The translations under genes and the position numbers were made by a program. Of a stretch of 64,000 bases of DNA, positions 27,294 through 40,537 are shown one piece after another. The DNA is from Eledone cirrhosa (lineage: Eukaryota), in the NCBI GenBank assembly GCA_964016885.1, contig OZ024745.1, positions 127,534,001 through 127,598,000 on the forward strand. The letters run 5' to 3'. How positions within the stretch are numbered: the stretch's first letter is position 1; every line of letters starts with the position of its first letter. A model generated the notes under the pieces. That model did not search any database. It was not told the DNA's origin and saw only the letters and a program-made list of their open reading frames with translations.

Positions 27294-28583
27294 CTCTCTT
27301 ACACTCACTTACACATACTCTCACATACGCTGTCATACATACACACACACACTCTCTCTCTTACACTCACACACATATACTCTCCCATACACTTTCATAC
27401 ATACACACACACAGACAAATACACACCCTCTCTCTCTCTCTTATACTCACACACATCTGTGTGTTTGAATGTATGAAATATTGAGTAAGTAAGCCTTTAA
27501 GTGAGTGAATATGTGTGTAAAAGAGCAAATGGCACATCATTGGAAGAGATTGTTAAATGAATAAAAATAGGTTTAAGAAATACTTTAGTGGAAAAGAGAA
27601 TTGTTTGAAAAACAAACAATGAATGATACAAGCAAAAACAAAGACCTCAAAGACGATAATTCTATGTCAAGATAAAAACAAATTAATTGATTGGAACTGA
27701 ACTAATGAATAGAAAACTTTATTGAAAGGATCAGAGAAAAAATTAATTGAATTAAAAACATGACACGTGATGAGAGAGGAAAAAATAAAATAATAGCAAC
27801 AACACGAGCACACGACACATTCACGTACACAGGCACTCATGCACAAACACACATGCATCACTTGCATGCACATTTTTCAAACATAGTATCATGTGCATAA
27901 ACATAAACACATACATGCATAAACACAAACACATACATGCATAAACACACACACATACATGCATGGACACACATATACATGCATAAACACACACACATAC
28001 ATGAATGGACACACAGAAACATGCATAAACACGCACATACATGTATGGACACACAGATACATGCATACATGCATACGTCTACACATACATGCATACGTCT
28101 ACACATACAGGCATATACATACATGTACAGGTAAACATGCATGCTATTTATAAACATGACATTATCGATAAATAAAAAGACACACATTTCTTACCAGAGG
28201 ATGACAGACATATGGATATGTCTGCTGAGACACATGATATATATAAAGACATGCCTAGATGGAAACTAAACTCATATGTATCAATATTCTTCTTCAAGGT
28301 CATATAAAGACATAGCCTCATATATGGTTACTCAAAAGTGTTGCAGTATAATTCAGTATGCACACGTGCACATATAAAGACAAATGCACACGTTTGCACA
28401 TACATACAGAGGTACGCTCACATACGCACACACACACACACACACAATCGCGCACACACACAAACACCCATATACTATCTGCCACACACTAATACACATA
28501 TACATGTACTAACACACACAGAACCATGTTAATCCATATACATTGACTATTAGATGTAGGCGCCATTATTATAATATGATACA

Positions 28584-28770
28584 GTGGATTGGCAGTATCA
28601 GTAGAGGGTCAGATGCCATGCTTTGACGCATAGAGTTACGGCCCTTGCCCTTCTGAATTCAAATCCCGCCAAGGTTAACTTTGCCTTTCATCCTTACGGA
28701 GTCGATAAAATAAAGTACCAGTAATACACTGGGGTAATTGCTGGCCTTGTGCCAAAAGTAGAAACAATTA
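28584..28770 (+). mobile_element. SINE A with 19-bp TSD
   Basis: attattataatatgataca at 28565-28583 and 28767-28785. Confidence 0.9.
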
Positions 28771-28799
28771 TTATAATATGATACAAAAACTTTACTAGT

Positions 28800-29030
28800 A
28801 TGATGTTTGATATTTTGTTATAGCTTTCGTTAGAGTTGTTGTTATAGAAATATTTGGACAACACGGGAAGAAAAGCGAATAGGAGTTGGAGAGAATACAT
28901 TAATATGGTGTAGGGGATTAACAGAAACGATGGCGACGAAGACATCAACAAGGATATTGAATTTAGTGAAGAGGTATATGCTGATGATAATGGATGGATT
29001 GGATCGGTGTTAGTGGTAAGAATGATTAGA
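28800..29030 (+). pseudogene. Highly decayed L1/Tx1-like RT segment
   Basis: L.LSLELLL.K followed downstream by EVYADD (gag gta tat gct gat gat). Confidence 0.4.
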
Positions 29031-29065
29031 TTACGACTACCATAAAGATAATAACGATGTAAAGC

Positions 29066-29154
<89 letters not shown>

Positions 29155-30449
29155 TTAAAGAAAGAAAAGGAACTAACTGTTTGAAAAATTATAAGTTGAA
29201 GGATTCTTGTAATATAAGTATAAAATAGAAGCAAAGACAAGTACGAAATTAAAAGAAAATTAATGTAGGTGAACAGATAAATATTGATTAGAAAACCTAA
29301 AAATAAATACGGAAAATGTAGGATATCATACGGAAGGAAGCCATTTTGTCTTACGAAGAGGAATTTCATTTATCGCTCAGCTTGAAGCATAACAAAATAT
29401 TAGGGTTGTTTTGAAAATGTAGAGTTTATAACAAAATGATGCAAGCGAAGGCATGTTACAGAGAAACAAACAAACAGAAAAAAATCGGATTTCCTATGAA
29501 AGAACTGTTTGTATGCGTTTGTGAGTAACTAGGTGTTGTTTGTGTCAAAGATGTTGTTTGTGTGCTAGGATGTGATTTATAGTGTTGTTGGTGTCAGTGA
29601 TGGTAGTATTCGTGATATTAATCTTTATATTGATAGGATTCGTGGTGGTGTTAGCAGTAATGGCGATTGCATTTGTGATGCTTGTGGCTCAGGCATTTGT
29701 AATGGTAAAGTGGTGATGGTGGTGAGGGCAGATGTAGTGCGGTGAACTTTGACAGTAGTGGCTGTTTTATATGCAGTTATTGCTCTTAATATTGCTCCGA
29801 TTATTGTCGGTGAAGGCGACGGCAACGAATCCACTAAATATTATGGTTTTATTGTTGGCGGTTGTGTTTTGGGAGGAAGAGGGTCTCTTGACATCAACAA
29901 AGACTTTGTGTTTAGTGGTAGTTTTGGTAATAGAGGTAGAGGCGACGATAAACAATGATGGAACTGTTTGTTTGGAAATACGTTGAAGGATAAAGTGAAT
30001 TTTTGTTGGCGAGAAAAAGAGTTTTGTTGACATAGATGAGGTATTCAGAAAGTATAACAGGTAAGAGTGAAAAATTGGGTGGAGTTGGTGGTAGATGGGG
30101 TAAAATATATTGAAAGTGCATGAATGAATGTGGTTGGGTAAGGGACTTTGGTTTCTATGAAAGAATGAAATAGGGATTTAGAAAAATTGAGTATTGTTGA
30201 GAAGTAATTTGCGAATATATGAGTGTTGAGGATGGTGTGAAGATGGCATGGTAAATAGTTGTGCTGTAAGCGGAAAGAGAATGAATGCTTTTATACAAAT
30301 TGTGGCATAGAAAAACAGAAAAGAAGGAACGAGGAAGGTGGAAAAAAGAGTGGGAGAAATGAAACGAAATTTGTAAAGAAAATTAAAAACAATATTCATT
30401 CAATACAAATATATAAATAGATGCACTCACACATTTACAAATAGACAGA

Positions 30450-30604
30450 AACACACACACACGAACACACAGACACATACACACACACACACTCTCTCTC
30501 TCTCTCACACACACGCACGTACACACATACACACACGCGCGCACGCACACACACACACACTCACACTCTTTCTCTCTCTTTCTCTCTCTCACACACACAC
30601 ACAA

Positions 30605-30639
<35 letters not shown>

Positions 30640-30732
30640 CACACGCGCACACATAAACACACACACACTCACGCACACACACACATACACACACTCTTTC
30701 TCTCTCTTTCTCTCTCTCACGCACACACACAA

Positions 30733-30763
<31 letters not shown>

Positions 30764-31042
30764 ATCTCTCTCTCACACACACACGCACACGCACAGACAC
30801 ACGCACACACACACACACACACTCACGCATACACACATACACACACTCTTTCTCTCTCACGCACACACACAATCTCTCTCTCTCACACACACACACAATC
30901 TCTCTCACACACACACGCGCGCACACACACACAGACACACACTCTCTCTCATCTCTCACACACACACGCACTCCCCCCCCCACTCACACTCACACTCACA
31001 CTCACACTCACACCCTCTCTCTTTCTCTCTCTCACACACACA
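30450..31042. repeat. Higher-order (CA)n/(CT)n compound repeat
   Basis: Recurring acacactctttctctct..cacacacaatctctctctc units. Confidence 0.85.
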
Positions 31043-31814
31043 TAAGTACAAAGAAAGGTGCTCGAGGTTCTGTCTTCAGTTTTTCAAAGCACTGATTAAA
31101 ATGTGTTAAATTAAAAACCATTTATACATATATGCACCACAAACGCACATATACACACGTATACATATATATGTATATATGTATACATACAAATATACAG
31201 GTATATTTCTTTTTATGCGTATGAGTGTTTCATTTTGTGTGAAAATATTTATTTATCAAACAAACCTATAAAACACACAGACACCCTCCCCACCCCACAT
31301 ATATGTACATATATGTACATATATGTACATATATGTACATATATGTACATATATACATACATGTATGTGTGTGTGTATGTCCAGGTTGAGATATTAAAAT
31401 TATAAAGAAATATGAGGAAAATATAAAAATAGTGCCAAGTTATGCTTTCTATTAGCTGTTTAAATAATTCTTTTTCGATAACAATGTCACAAAAATTCTA
31501 ATTTCGAAATTCTACACATTAACTGTTGAATAAAAATTAGGTTCTGAATAGTAACTGGCACTTTCCAAATAGAGTGAATGATATGTTTTTATGGGGAGTG
31601 TTTAAGGTGCCATTAATCAAGGTTAGTGAAGTTATATGTATACGCTATACATTATCTACAATTCTAAGGGAAATGATATCAGTTTAAAATGAAAATAACG
31701 ATTTGAAAGTGAGGACATGTCATATCAATGTGAGAATACCGATTTCAAAATGAGCACATTCCATTTTAAATTCATATATACTTCAAAGTGTGAAGTGCGA
31801 TTTTATAATGGCCT

Positions 31815-32109
31815 CAGGACTGTATTTTGACCTTGTGGGGCCCGGTGCAGTTCTGGTTTGGGGTCACCTCATACACAAAATATAGAATACACAGCAACCA
31901 CCCAATTTTACATAACAACATTAGCTTGGCGCAAGAAATTTGAATTGAAAGGTTATACTTACAGGTATTAAATTCAAAACTTCTAATCATTCTAAAACTA
32001 AAAAGCCTAGCTGAGAGCACAAATAAATTGCTATGGCCGTAGCTGGTGGGGTCCCCACTGTAGGGGCCCGGGCAATTGCCCTCTTTGCCCCTCATTAAAC
32101 CCGGCCCTG
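31815..32109. mobile_element. hAT-like MITE with 8-bp TSD
   Basis: TSD aatggcct at 31807-31814 and 32110-32117; ends CAGGACTG.. / ..CCGGCCCTG. Confidence 0.85.
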
Positions 32110-33835
32110 AATGGCCTCATAATTTTTTTTATCAAAACCTAAACTTAGTTGATTTAGTTAGCCAAGAATACATAATGTCTTTTCTCAAAGAAAATGTTGC
32201 ATTGAAAACTGAGAATACGATATTTAAAAGGTAAAGAAAACGAAAAGCCTGCTGTGTTTTCAATCGCAATCGTAATGGCTTGTTTTCTTTCTGACGGAGT
32301 GTGCAGCTTCTGAAAACGGATTTTATAAGTACAGTGAAGCATCTAATCGTTTAAGAGCTAAGGCGACTATTTTTTTAAATTCCTTCTTTAGGCCGCCTCT
32401 AAAAAAGTCTAGTCTTAGTGGGGGTTTGCTAAAGTACTAGATTGGTGACTGACGCAAATAAGACCACTGAAACATAACCTGCAATATGATGAGGAAACCA
32501 AAGACGAACCATACCGCATCGTCCTTAGCGTGGGTTAACAAGGTACACGTCCAGGTCTTAGGTAGAGGGGCCTGTTCGAAAAATATATTGCAGTCTCCAT
32601 TTCATGCTGCAAAAACTAGCGATAGGGCTGCGATCTGTCCTGGGAGGCGTAGGAGGGAGGCACAAATTCTGCGTATCCCGAAGGCCTCAAAGAGGGTCCA
32701 GAAGGTTGCAAACTTTAACAGTTGGAACCTTCTTTAGAATACCTCGGCTAACAGCGTCAAATGGCCGCGGAACAAGGAAAAGACCGGTGTCTAAAGTTAC
32801 TAGTAATCAGTTCATAGATTATGATCGTGGATCAGTGACATAGCTGTATTTACACTTAGAAAAAAAATCGGGATATTACAACCAGATGATTTTTTTATGG
32901 GGGTTCTTTACTTGGCTGATAAAATCGTATAATTAACCAGACGATTTCAGAGTGCTGACATTGTAAATGATCTTACGATATTATTTTATGCTCTTTGTCC
33001 CCCTTTGAAAATATGCCTATCAAATCTTTTTGTGTTAATCTCATTTTGAAATCGCTATTATTACTTATTTTCGCAAAGGCTTATTTTGAAATCCTTAATC
33101 TCACCTTGAATTCGGAAAGCCTCATCTTGAGGTTATGATTGCAAATATCGTAGTATGTTAATTTTCAATCTAAGTTTGTCTAATGTTTTATTTACGTTTT
33201 TTTGCATAAGTAGCCTGATAGTACTGCGATATGCGTACTTAATTATGTATTCATGATGCTTTAAATATTTTTTTAGTAGTTTACTGGTTACAGACATTTG
33301 GTCGTGACCATGCTACTGCATTTATTTTCTACACGAGTTTAACGTTTCACATATCTATTACTTTAAACATACCATTATTTATACTAATCTCTATTAACGG
33401 CACCCGAAATACTTTTACAAAAACGTTAAATCTGTATAAAAAAAAAAAAATAGTACTAAATAGTCTTAAACCATAATTACAACTTTAAATTACTTTAATT
33501 CCTTTTACAATATAAGTAATTCAATCATATCTCCAGTCTTGTAACATAACATTCTAAAGAGGCTTATGTAAGGCATATACTTTTTCATATATTTCAACAC
33601 AATTTCAGGCTGAAATGTTATATAAAGAGATTAATTACAAGGGAGTTAACTCTCTTACACAACACCCAATGTAGACATTACATAAAAATAAATATATAGA
33701 ATCATAGATGTTTTAGTTAGATATTTATAATGTAACTAAGTTATACAAACGGTTTAATACAATTCTCTAAGCAAGCATTACTTCGTATATTTTTTATATT
33801 TACGCACTATTCATTAATTTCTTTATAATAGTGTA

Positions 33836-33908
<73 letters not shown>

Positions 33909-33954
33909 TGTATTTTAAGTAGAAATTCTAAGTAGAAATTTATAATAATAAAAC

Positions 33955-34001
<47 letters not shown>

Positions 34002-34303
34002 GATGAATTCCGGTTACAATTATACACTCTGTTCTAGCATCGAGTGCTGACTTTGGTACCCTCACCAGATTTCTACGGGTTTACTGAACCGTCTGCCCCT
34101 ATATATATTATATATATATATATATATAAATAGTAAAAGAGTAAGAAATAAGGCGGTCGGCTGTACAATAGGGTTTATTTAAAGTATTAACAATTGTTTC
34201 ATTAGTCCGGCGTGTCTAAAAATCGCTGATCGTTAAAGGTTACGTCACTCGATTTTAATTACAGTAGATACCCGACCAATATCTTCTTATATTATATATA
34301 TTT

Positions 34304-34377
<74 letters not shown>

Positions 34378-34458
34378 TTATATATATATATATATGTATA
34401 TATATGTGTATATATATGTATATATATGTGTGTATATATATATATATATGTATATATA

Positions 34459-34572
<114 letters not shown>

Positions 34573-34751
34573 GGAGGTGAGTTTTATTGTAGTACAATAA
34601 AGCAATGCAGATATCGGATAAGAAGCACTCTACAGTTTGTGGAACTGGAGTATGTATAATATAAGATCAAAAGATGGTTAAAGGAGTTACATATATTTTA
34701 TTATAATAAAATAATAAAATATATGGAACTCCTTTAACCATCTTTTGATCT

Positions 34752-34813
<62 letters not shown>

Positions 34814-35076
34814 AAATGTTACAGTATCGTAAAAGAGGCTAGAAAGAAGAGGTATAAAGAGGTGCGATACAGAGTATTATATGCCAAAAGTGGGCGCGTA
34901 AGTGGTTGATGCTTGGGTTATCAGGGTTAAATATTAGAGATAATTAATATTTAGTGTACAGGATTAAGCAGAGCGGTGATAGGCAAAATAATTAATGAAA
35001 GAGTTACAAGCCGTTAAATCATATCTTTATAAATATATGATGTAACGGCTTGTAAATCTTTCATTAATTATTTTGC

Positions 35077-35137
<61 letters not shown>

Positions 35138-35284
35138 ATATGTGTGTGTGTAGAAGTTGTATTTAATTTGTTGGAATTCCGACAAACGTAAATGTTTGTA
35201 ACTTATTTAGAGCACTCAACAGTTTACTGGAGTAAATATTCCATGATATTAAATACATGGAAACTATATTTATAAAACCATATT

Positions 35285-35349
35285 TATTTTATTATATATA
35301 TTTCAAGGACAACCAAGCCAACCTTGGTGCGCTTTCATCAGATAAAATA
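35285..35349 (-). ncRNA. Putative minimal type I hammerhead ribozyme (H1)
   Basis: tattttat CTGATGA aagcgcaccaag-loop-cttggttgtcctt GAAA tatata TA ataaaata; stem I is a perfect 8 bp. Confidence 0.75.
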
Positions 35350-35483
35350 CAAAATTTGTTTTACAAATAAAGACGTACCCATGAAGATTCAACCTTATCG
35401 GTCAGAAATTGACTATCCAGTGAATTTCCAACCGATAAGGTATGTTTTTCATGGGTATGTCTCTATTTATAAAACAAACTTTG

Positions 35484-35547
35484 TATTTTATCTGATGAAA
35501 GCGTACCAATGTTGTCTTGGTACCCTTGAAATATATATAATGAAATA
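35484..35547 (+). ncRNA. Putative minimal type I hammerhead ribozyme (H1)
   Basis: tattttat CTGATGA aagcgtaccaa tgttgtc ttggtaccctt GAAA tatata TA atgaaata. Confidence 0.75.
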
Positions 35548-35639
35548 AATATGGTTTTATAAATATACTTTCTATTTATTAATATATTGTATATATATAT
35601 ATACAATATATTAATATATGTAGTGAGAAATCTGAAGTT

Positions 35640-36114
35640 ATCAGTATGTTTTGCTGATCAGGGCAAATCATACTTCTTTAAGAAAACCCACTGTACAAAT
35701 AAGAAATATGTTATATGTAAAATGAAGCCCCAGATAAATTGTAAAACTAGAAATTTAGTCTATAGCATAAGATATACAGAGGATACTTGCAGAAACATGA
35801 CAACGACATACAAAGGTGAGACAGCTCGAAGCATAAGATAAAGAATAGACCAACACTGGCGGGAGGGGGGGGGGGGGGCACTAAAAGGACAAAAAATCGG
35901 TTCAGTACTATATGAACACGCCAGACAAAGATATGATGGTAATATAGACAACATAGAAATTAAAATAATATCTAAGCATAGAAATGACTCTATCGGTAGG
36001 CAAATCAGAGAAGCAACTGAAATAGAACTAAGAAGACCAAAGTTAAACGGAAAAAAAGAATGGAAAAACAACAACCATACCCAAACAAGCAATACTGACT
36101 TAAGGGAAATATAA
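35640..36114 (+). pseudogene. GIY-YIG endonuclease domain of a Penelope-like retroelement (one in-frame stop)
   Basis: INCKTRNLVYSI..C..TYKGETARSIR*RIDQH..SVLYEH..IKII..D..RQIREATEIELRRPKLNGKKEW, all in one frame. Confidence 0.85.
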
Positions 36115-36294
36115 ATAAATAAATAAATATATATATATACACAAGTACAATAACAACAAACATATAAACACACACTAAACAGTATATACACACACAAACG
36201 CATGCGCAGAGACAGAGACAAGAAGAAATAAATAAATAAATAAATAAAATAAAAATGACGTAGACATTACAATACAATAGGAGGAAACATAATA

Positions 36295-36342
36295 GTACCA
36301 CTGATGATGTTGCAGATGTGCATCGAAAGAACTTTGATAGAC
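36295..36342 (+). ncRNA. Putative hammerhead-like motif (H2) in Penelope pLTR
   Basis: gtacca CTGATGA t gttgca gatg tgcatc GAAA gaacttt gatag; stems I and III are weak. Confidence 0.55.
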
Positions 36343-36344
36343 TA

Positions 36345-36411
<67 letters not shown>

Positions 36412-36614
36412 CTGTATTTTTAACCGTTGGTCAATCAATGATAAACATTGATTGCCAAATGAATTAACTCTGGAGATATAAAAGATATAGAAGCGAAAAC
36501 CAACCAAACAGTGAGTTTGTTCTGTTATTATTTCTGGCAATACTATAACAATATGACCCTCCCCAAGTATAACAATGTTTGTTTCGACACAATTTCATAT
36601 CAAAAACCTTGCCA

Positions 36615-36700
<86 letters not shown>

Positions 36701-37624
36701 CACATATATATATACACATATATATATACATCATATATATAAGATTTTTATATGCTATAATCTGATCTGTGTGACTCAATTATTTAATAAATACTTTTGC
36801 TTCGTCGTCGGAAACTATAAATGACATTATAAGAACCAATGGCGTTATAATGATACATGGTTATAAAAATCCGTCTCATACGAGGCGTGTTGAACAATAC
36901 ACCACTATTAATATACCGTTAATAAACACGTAACTTAATTGATTACAACACTTAATATCAACACTGAGAGAAAATGAAAAAAGGAAATTCAAAAGTTAGT
37001 ATCGTACCTTGTATCTCAATTTTTCAAAATATAGCAAAACATAAAAAAAATATACTTTGATGTAACATTAGAAATTATATTAAAGTTTACGAGCCTAATA
37101 TATGAATATAAACATAGATAATGCTAAAAAAATATAACTTTATTATATGAAGAACAAATATCCGGGATATTACAAGCTCTATTTATAATTATGGGAATAT
37201 CCGAGAAAATGATGTTAAAAATATCATTGCTAACAAAATTATTATTATACATTAATATATTTACAGTAAAGAAAAATAAACTTTATGTTAATCCAAGCTG
37301 TATTGTAATTTCTTATGCCAAAACAAGTGTACATATGTGATGTAAGAAAGTGAAAAACTGGTAGTAGATTATTAAGTATAATTAATGTATAGATAGTTTG
37401 ATATGTTAATGTATAGATAGTTTGATATGTTAATTAAATCATAGAGAATATTACAAACTGTATTGAAAATTATGGGTGAATCAGAAATAAATGTAATTAA
37501 TTATTTAAAATCAAATTTCAACTCGACAAGACCGATACGTTTTGCTCTAATAATTCCCCATACCCTGAGCAAGGGATTTAAGTCCCCAAATATTAGGACG
37601 AAAACGAAAAGATAATAATAATAA

Positions 37625-37730
37625 TTGTTTCTACGTTAGGCACAAGGCCAGCAATTACCCAGTGTATTACTGGTACTTTATTTTATCGACCCCGTAAGGA
37701 TGAAAGGCAAAGTTAACCCCGGCGGGATTA
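37625..37730 (-). mobile_element. SINE A 3' half
   Basis: tgtttctacgttaggcacaaggcc..aaagttaaccccggcggg. Confidence 0.8.
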
Positions 37731-38409
37731 ATAATAAACACCAGGTAAGAAACTGTTTCGTTGCCTTCATTTTACCATGTATTTCGCATTGTCTTAGTCT
37801 CTTTATCATTTGCTATTTAAAAAAAAATCATTATTATGCATTAATATATTTAATATGAATAATTTAAATTGAAGGGATTAATTTTATGGTTGATAACTAT
37901 TTTATACCTTTTTTTTCTCATGCAAGACCGAGTATGGGCAATGCAAGAGAGTAATGCTGGTGGTAGAATTATTATCAGTTATAAGTGGAGTTAAGGCAAG
38001 AAAGATTAACTTTATTACGTTAAACAAACATTACTAGATAACGAAAATTCGATTAAATGTTACAAGAATATTAGCGATTAACATAATAAAATGTTCATAA
38101 ATAATTGTTGAAAAATATCAATAAACATTTCTATAGTTAATATGAAAACAAAAACATTAACGTAATTATGTTAATCTAAATTATAAAATTCTGTTAACAT
38201 ATATTTTATAATCATTATTCATGTAAGAAGCAGTGTATAATAAATGTGTAAAAATGGTTTTATGCAACATTTATTTCCCGAGAATAAAAGAATTGAGGTT
38301 TAAAATGTGTTTAGATATAAAGGAATTATATGGAGGAATTAAGTAATTATGAGGATTCATTAAAATGAGAAAATTCTTCTACACATGTAGAATCAAACCA
38401 TTTTAAAAA

Positions 38410-38572
38410 GCTACCGGCGCCGAACACGCTTCGTCCTCGAGGACCCACCCTAATTTTGACAACCAAAAATTTGAAAAAAAATAATAAACAACCCTCAGCC
38501 TCCAGGACGCAGGGTAGATTTTTGAGGCTTATTTTAGGGAAAAAAAAGTAGCGTCTTCGATGCGGGGAAAAG
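38410..38572. mobile_element. Decayed Tc/pogo-like MITE fragment
   Basis: ttttgaggcttattttagggaaaaaa..gcgtctt..gcggggaaaa resembles subterminal motifs of such MITEs. Confidence 0.3.
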
Positions 38573-38599
38573 TGAAATCATGTGTAGGTAGCAAATAAT

Positions 38600-39075
38600 A
38601 ATTTCTTGTCGACGATTTACAAAAGGCATATCAGACATCGATAGAACAAACATTGTACACAGAACCATTTCATTTATTAGGACTGAATGCCTCAATAATC
38701 AATTATCGTAAATTATAATCCATTAACCTACACTCAACCCAACTCAATAGATACATAGCACACAAGATATAAGGGAAAACCAGTCACGCCATTAAAAACC
38801 ATGTCTAAATACTCCCAGCATAACAACAAACAACTGAATATAGGACTGATACGGAGGCGATGGCCGTCATCAGTCTTTAGCCGTCATATTTCGTGGTTTC
38901 TGTATTACTCTGCAGCGACCACTAACCCCATTACTTAACTGACATTGGTTTTACACAGAATCAGAATTATCACTAGAAATAATCTCTCATCATATACTCG
39001 CAACGGATACGAACCGATATAGAGACACTCACCGAATTAAACCACATACTCAACAGCAAAACAACAAAGGACGTA
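38600..39075 (+). pseudogene. Possible decayed APE endonuclease region of a non-LTR element
   Basis: A/C-rich coding-like strand; SDH*P (agc gac cac taa ccc) resembles the terminal SDHxP motif. Confidence 0.3.
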
Positions 39076-39745
39076 ACGCTATTGTTATGGTTATGCCACA
39101 ATGTAATCACATAATTATACAATTTTATTATTTTTTAAGCTAACAGATTTTCTGTTTGCTAGAAAGAAATTCGTGTTACCTTTTGTTATAGAATAATGTA
39201 ACATTTTTTATCGATTAATTTGCAATTTAATGAAAGAAAAAACTATATATTGTAAACACATCGTTCATGAATTTGCACGATTTAATTTTTGATGCTCATC
39301 AAAATGCGCAGGTGCAAGTCTATAAAGGTGATTTCATGACTCAGCAGTTCAAATAAAGACGAAGAATCTTACCCGATAAATTACATGCTTAGTTATTTCT
39401 TTTTATTATACCTTTATTAGTTTTTATCGTTATTTTTCATATTTGCTGCTTGGCCGTAAACATGGATGAGTTTTAAAGCTTTACGTTGCTCTCAGTTCAA
39501 TATTTATGGCTTGTGTATTTAGTATCGTGTATTATTTTTTCGCTTTAGTAAAATAACCTTTGTGGATCGGTTCATTTGTTGTGCACTGGAAGTTAAAGTG
39601 AAAGTGATTGCGGTAGTAAATTCTGTTGTTACGTTAGTGTACCTTGCACTGCTACTGTTGTTACTGTTGCTGTCACTACAACTGTTTCTGTTAGAGTAGC
39701 TATTAGTGTTGTTGTATCTTCTACTGTTTCTGCTGCTGCTGTTGT

Positions 39746-39794
<49 letters not shown>

Positions 39795-39810
39795 GCTGCT
39801 TCTGCTGCTG

Positions 39811-39874
<64 letters not shown>

Positions 39875-40357
39875 GAGGTCGATAAAAAGTACCAATCATG
39901 TACTGGGGTCGGTTTTCTCTCTATATCTCTTTCTCACTTCCATTCTCTCACGCTCTGTAACCTTCTGAGGAAGAAATCTGCTGTATTCCCACCTGTAGAG
40001 GGATGGGCATTAAGAGGTTTTAAAAAATGCTCTAGAAACGCTGTGTATCAAAACAACACCATTACGACCCCCCCCCCCTGGAGTTACGGGACCATGCATA
40101 CTATGCATACAAGTACAGGGAGGCGATAATGATTCACTTTTCCTAAATTACAGACCTTGTGCATAAATACCTTTTTTTATTGCCCCGAATCCATTCCAGG
40201 ATTAAGACATAGCTTACCAAGATTTACTTGACAATATCAGCATCTTGTCAACTTTGTTTCAACTTCGTCTTTCTAGCACTTATCCACTTTTTCCCTTTCT
40301 CAAACGACGAAGCAGAAATTTGAAAATAACTCTTTCCATTTTTGTTTTCAAAAATAA

Positions 40358-40537
40358 TTGTTTCTACTTTTGGCACAAGGCCAGCAATTACCCCAGTGCA
40401 TTACTGGTACTTTATGTTATCGACCCCGTAAGGATGAAAGGCAAAGTTAACCTCGGCGGGATTTGAACTCAGATTGGAAAGGGCCGTAACTCTATGCATC
40501 AAAGCATGGCGTCCGACCCTCTACCGGTACTGCCAAT
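40358..40537 (-). mobile_element. SINE A
   Basis: Near-consensus copy. Confidence 0.85.

Larger units (their letters stand above)
35150..35585. mobile_element. Fold-back element family H1 carrying two divergent hammerhead motifs
   Basis: Imperfect inverted repeat about 35258-35575; homologous to 49076-49385, 58120-58365 and 60310-60450. Confidence 0.85.

Noticed and set aside
37920-37945. ARPSMG resembling the DnaB Walker A motif
   Set aside because: The essential Lys is absent and stops flank it; likely chance.
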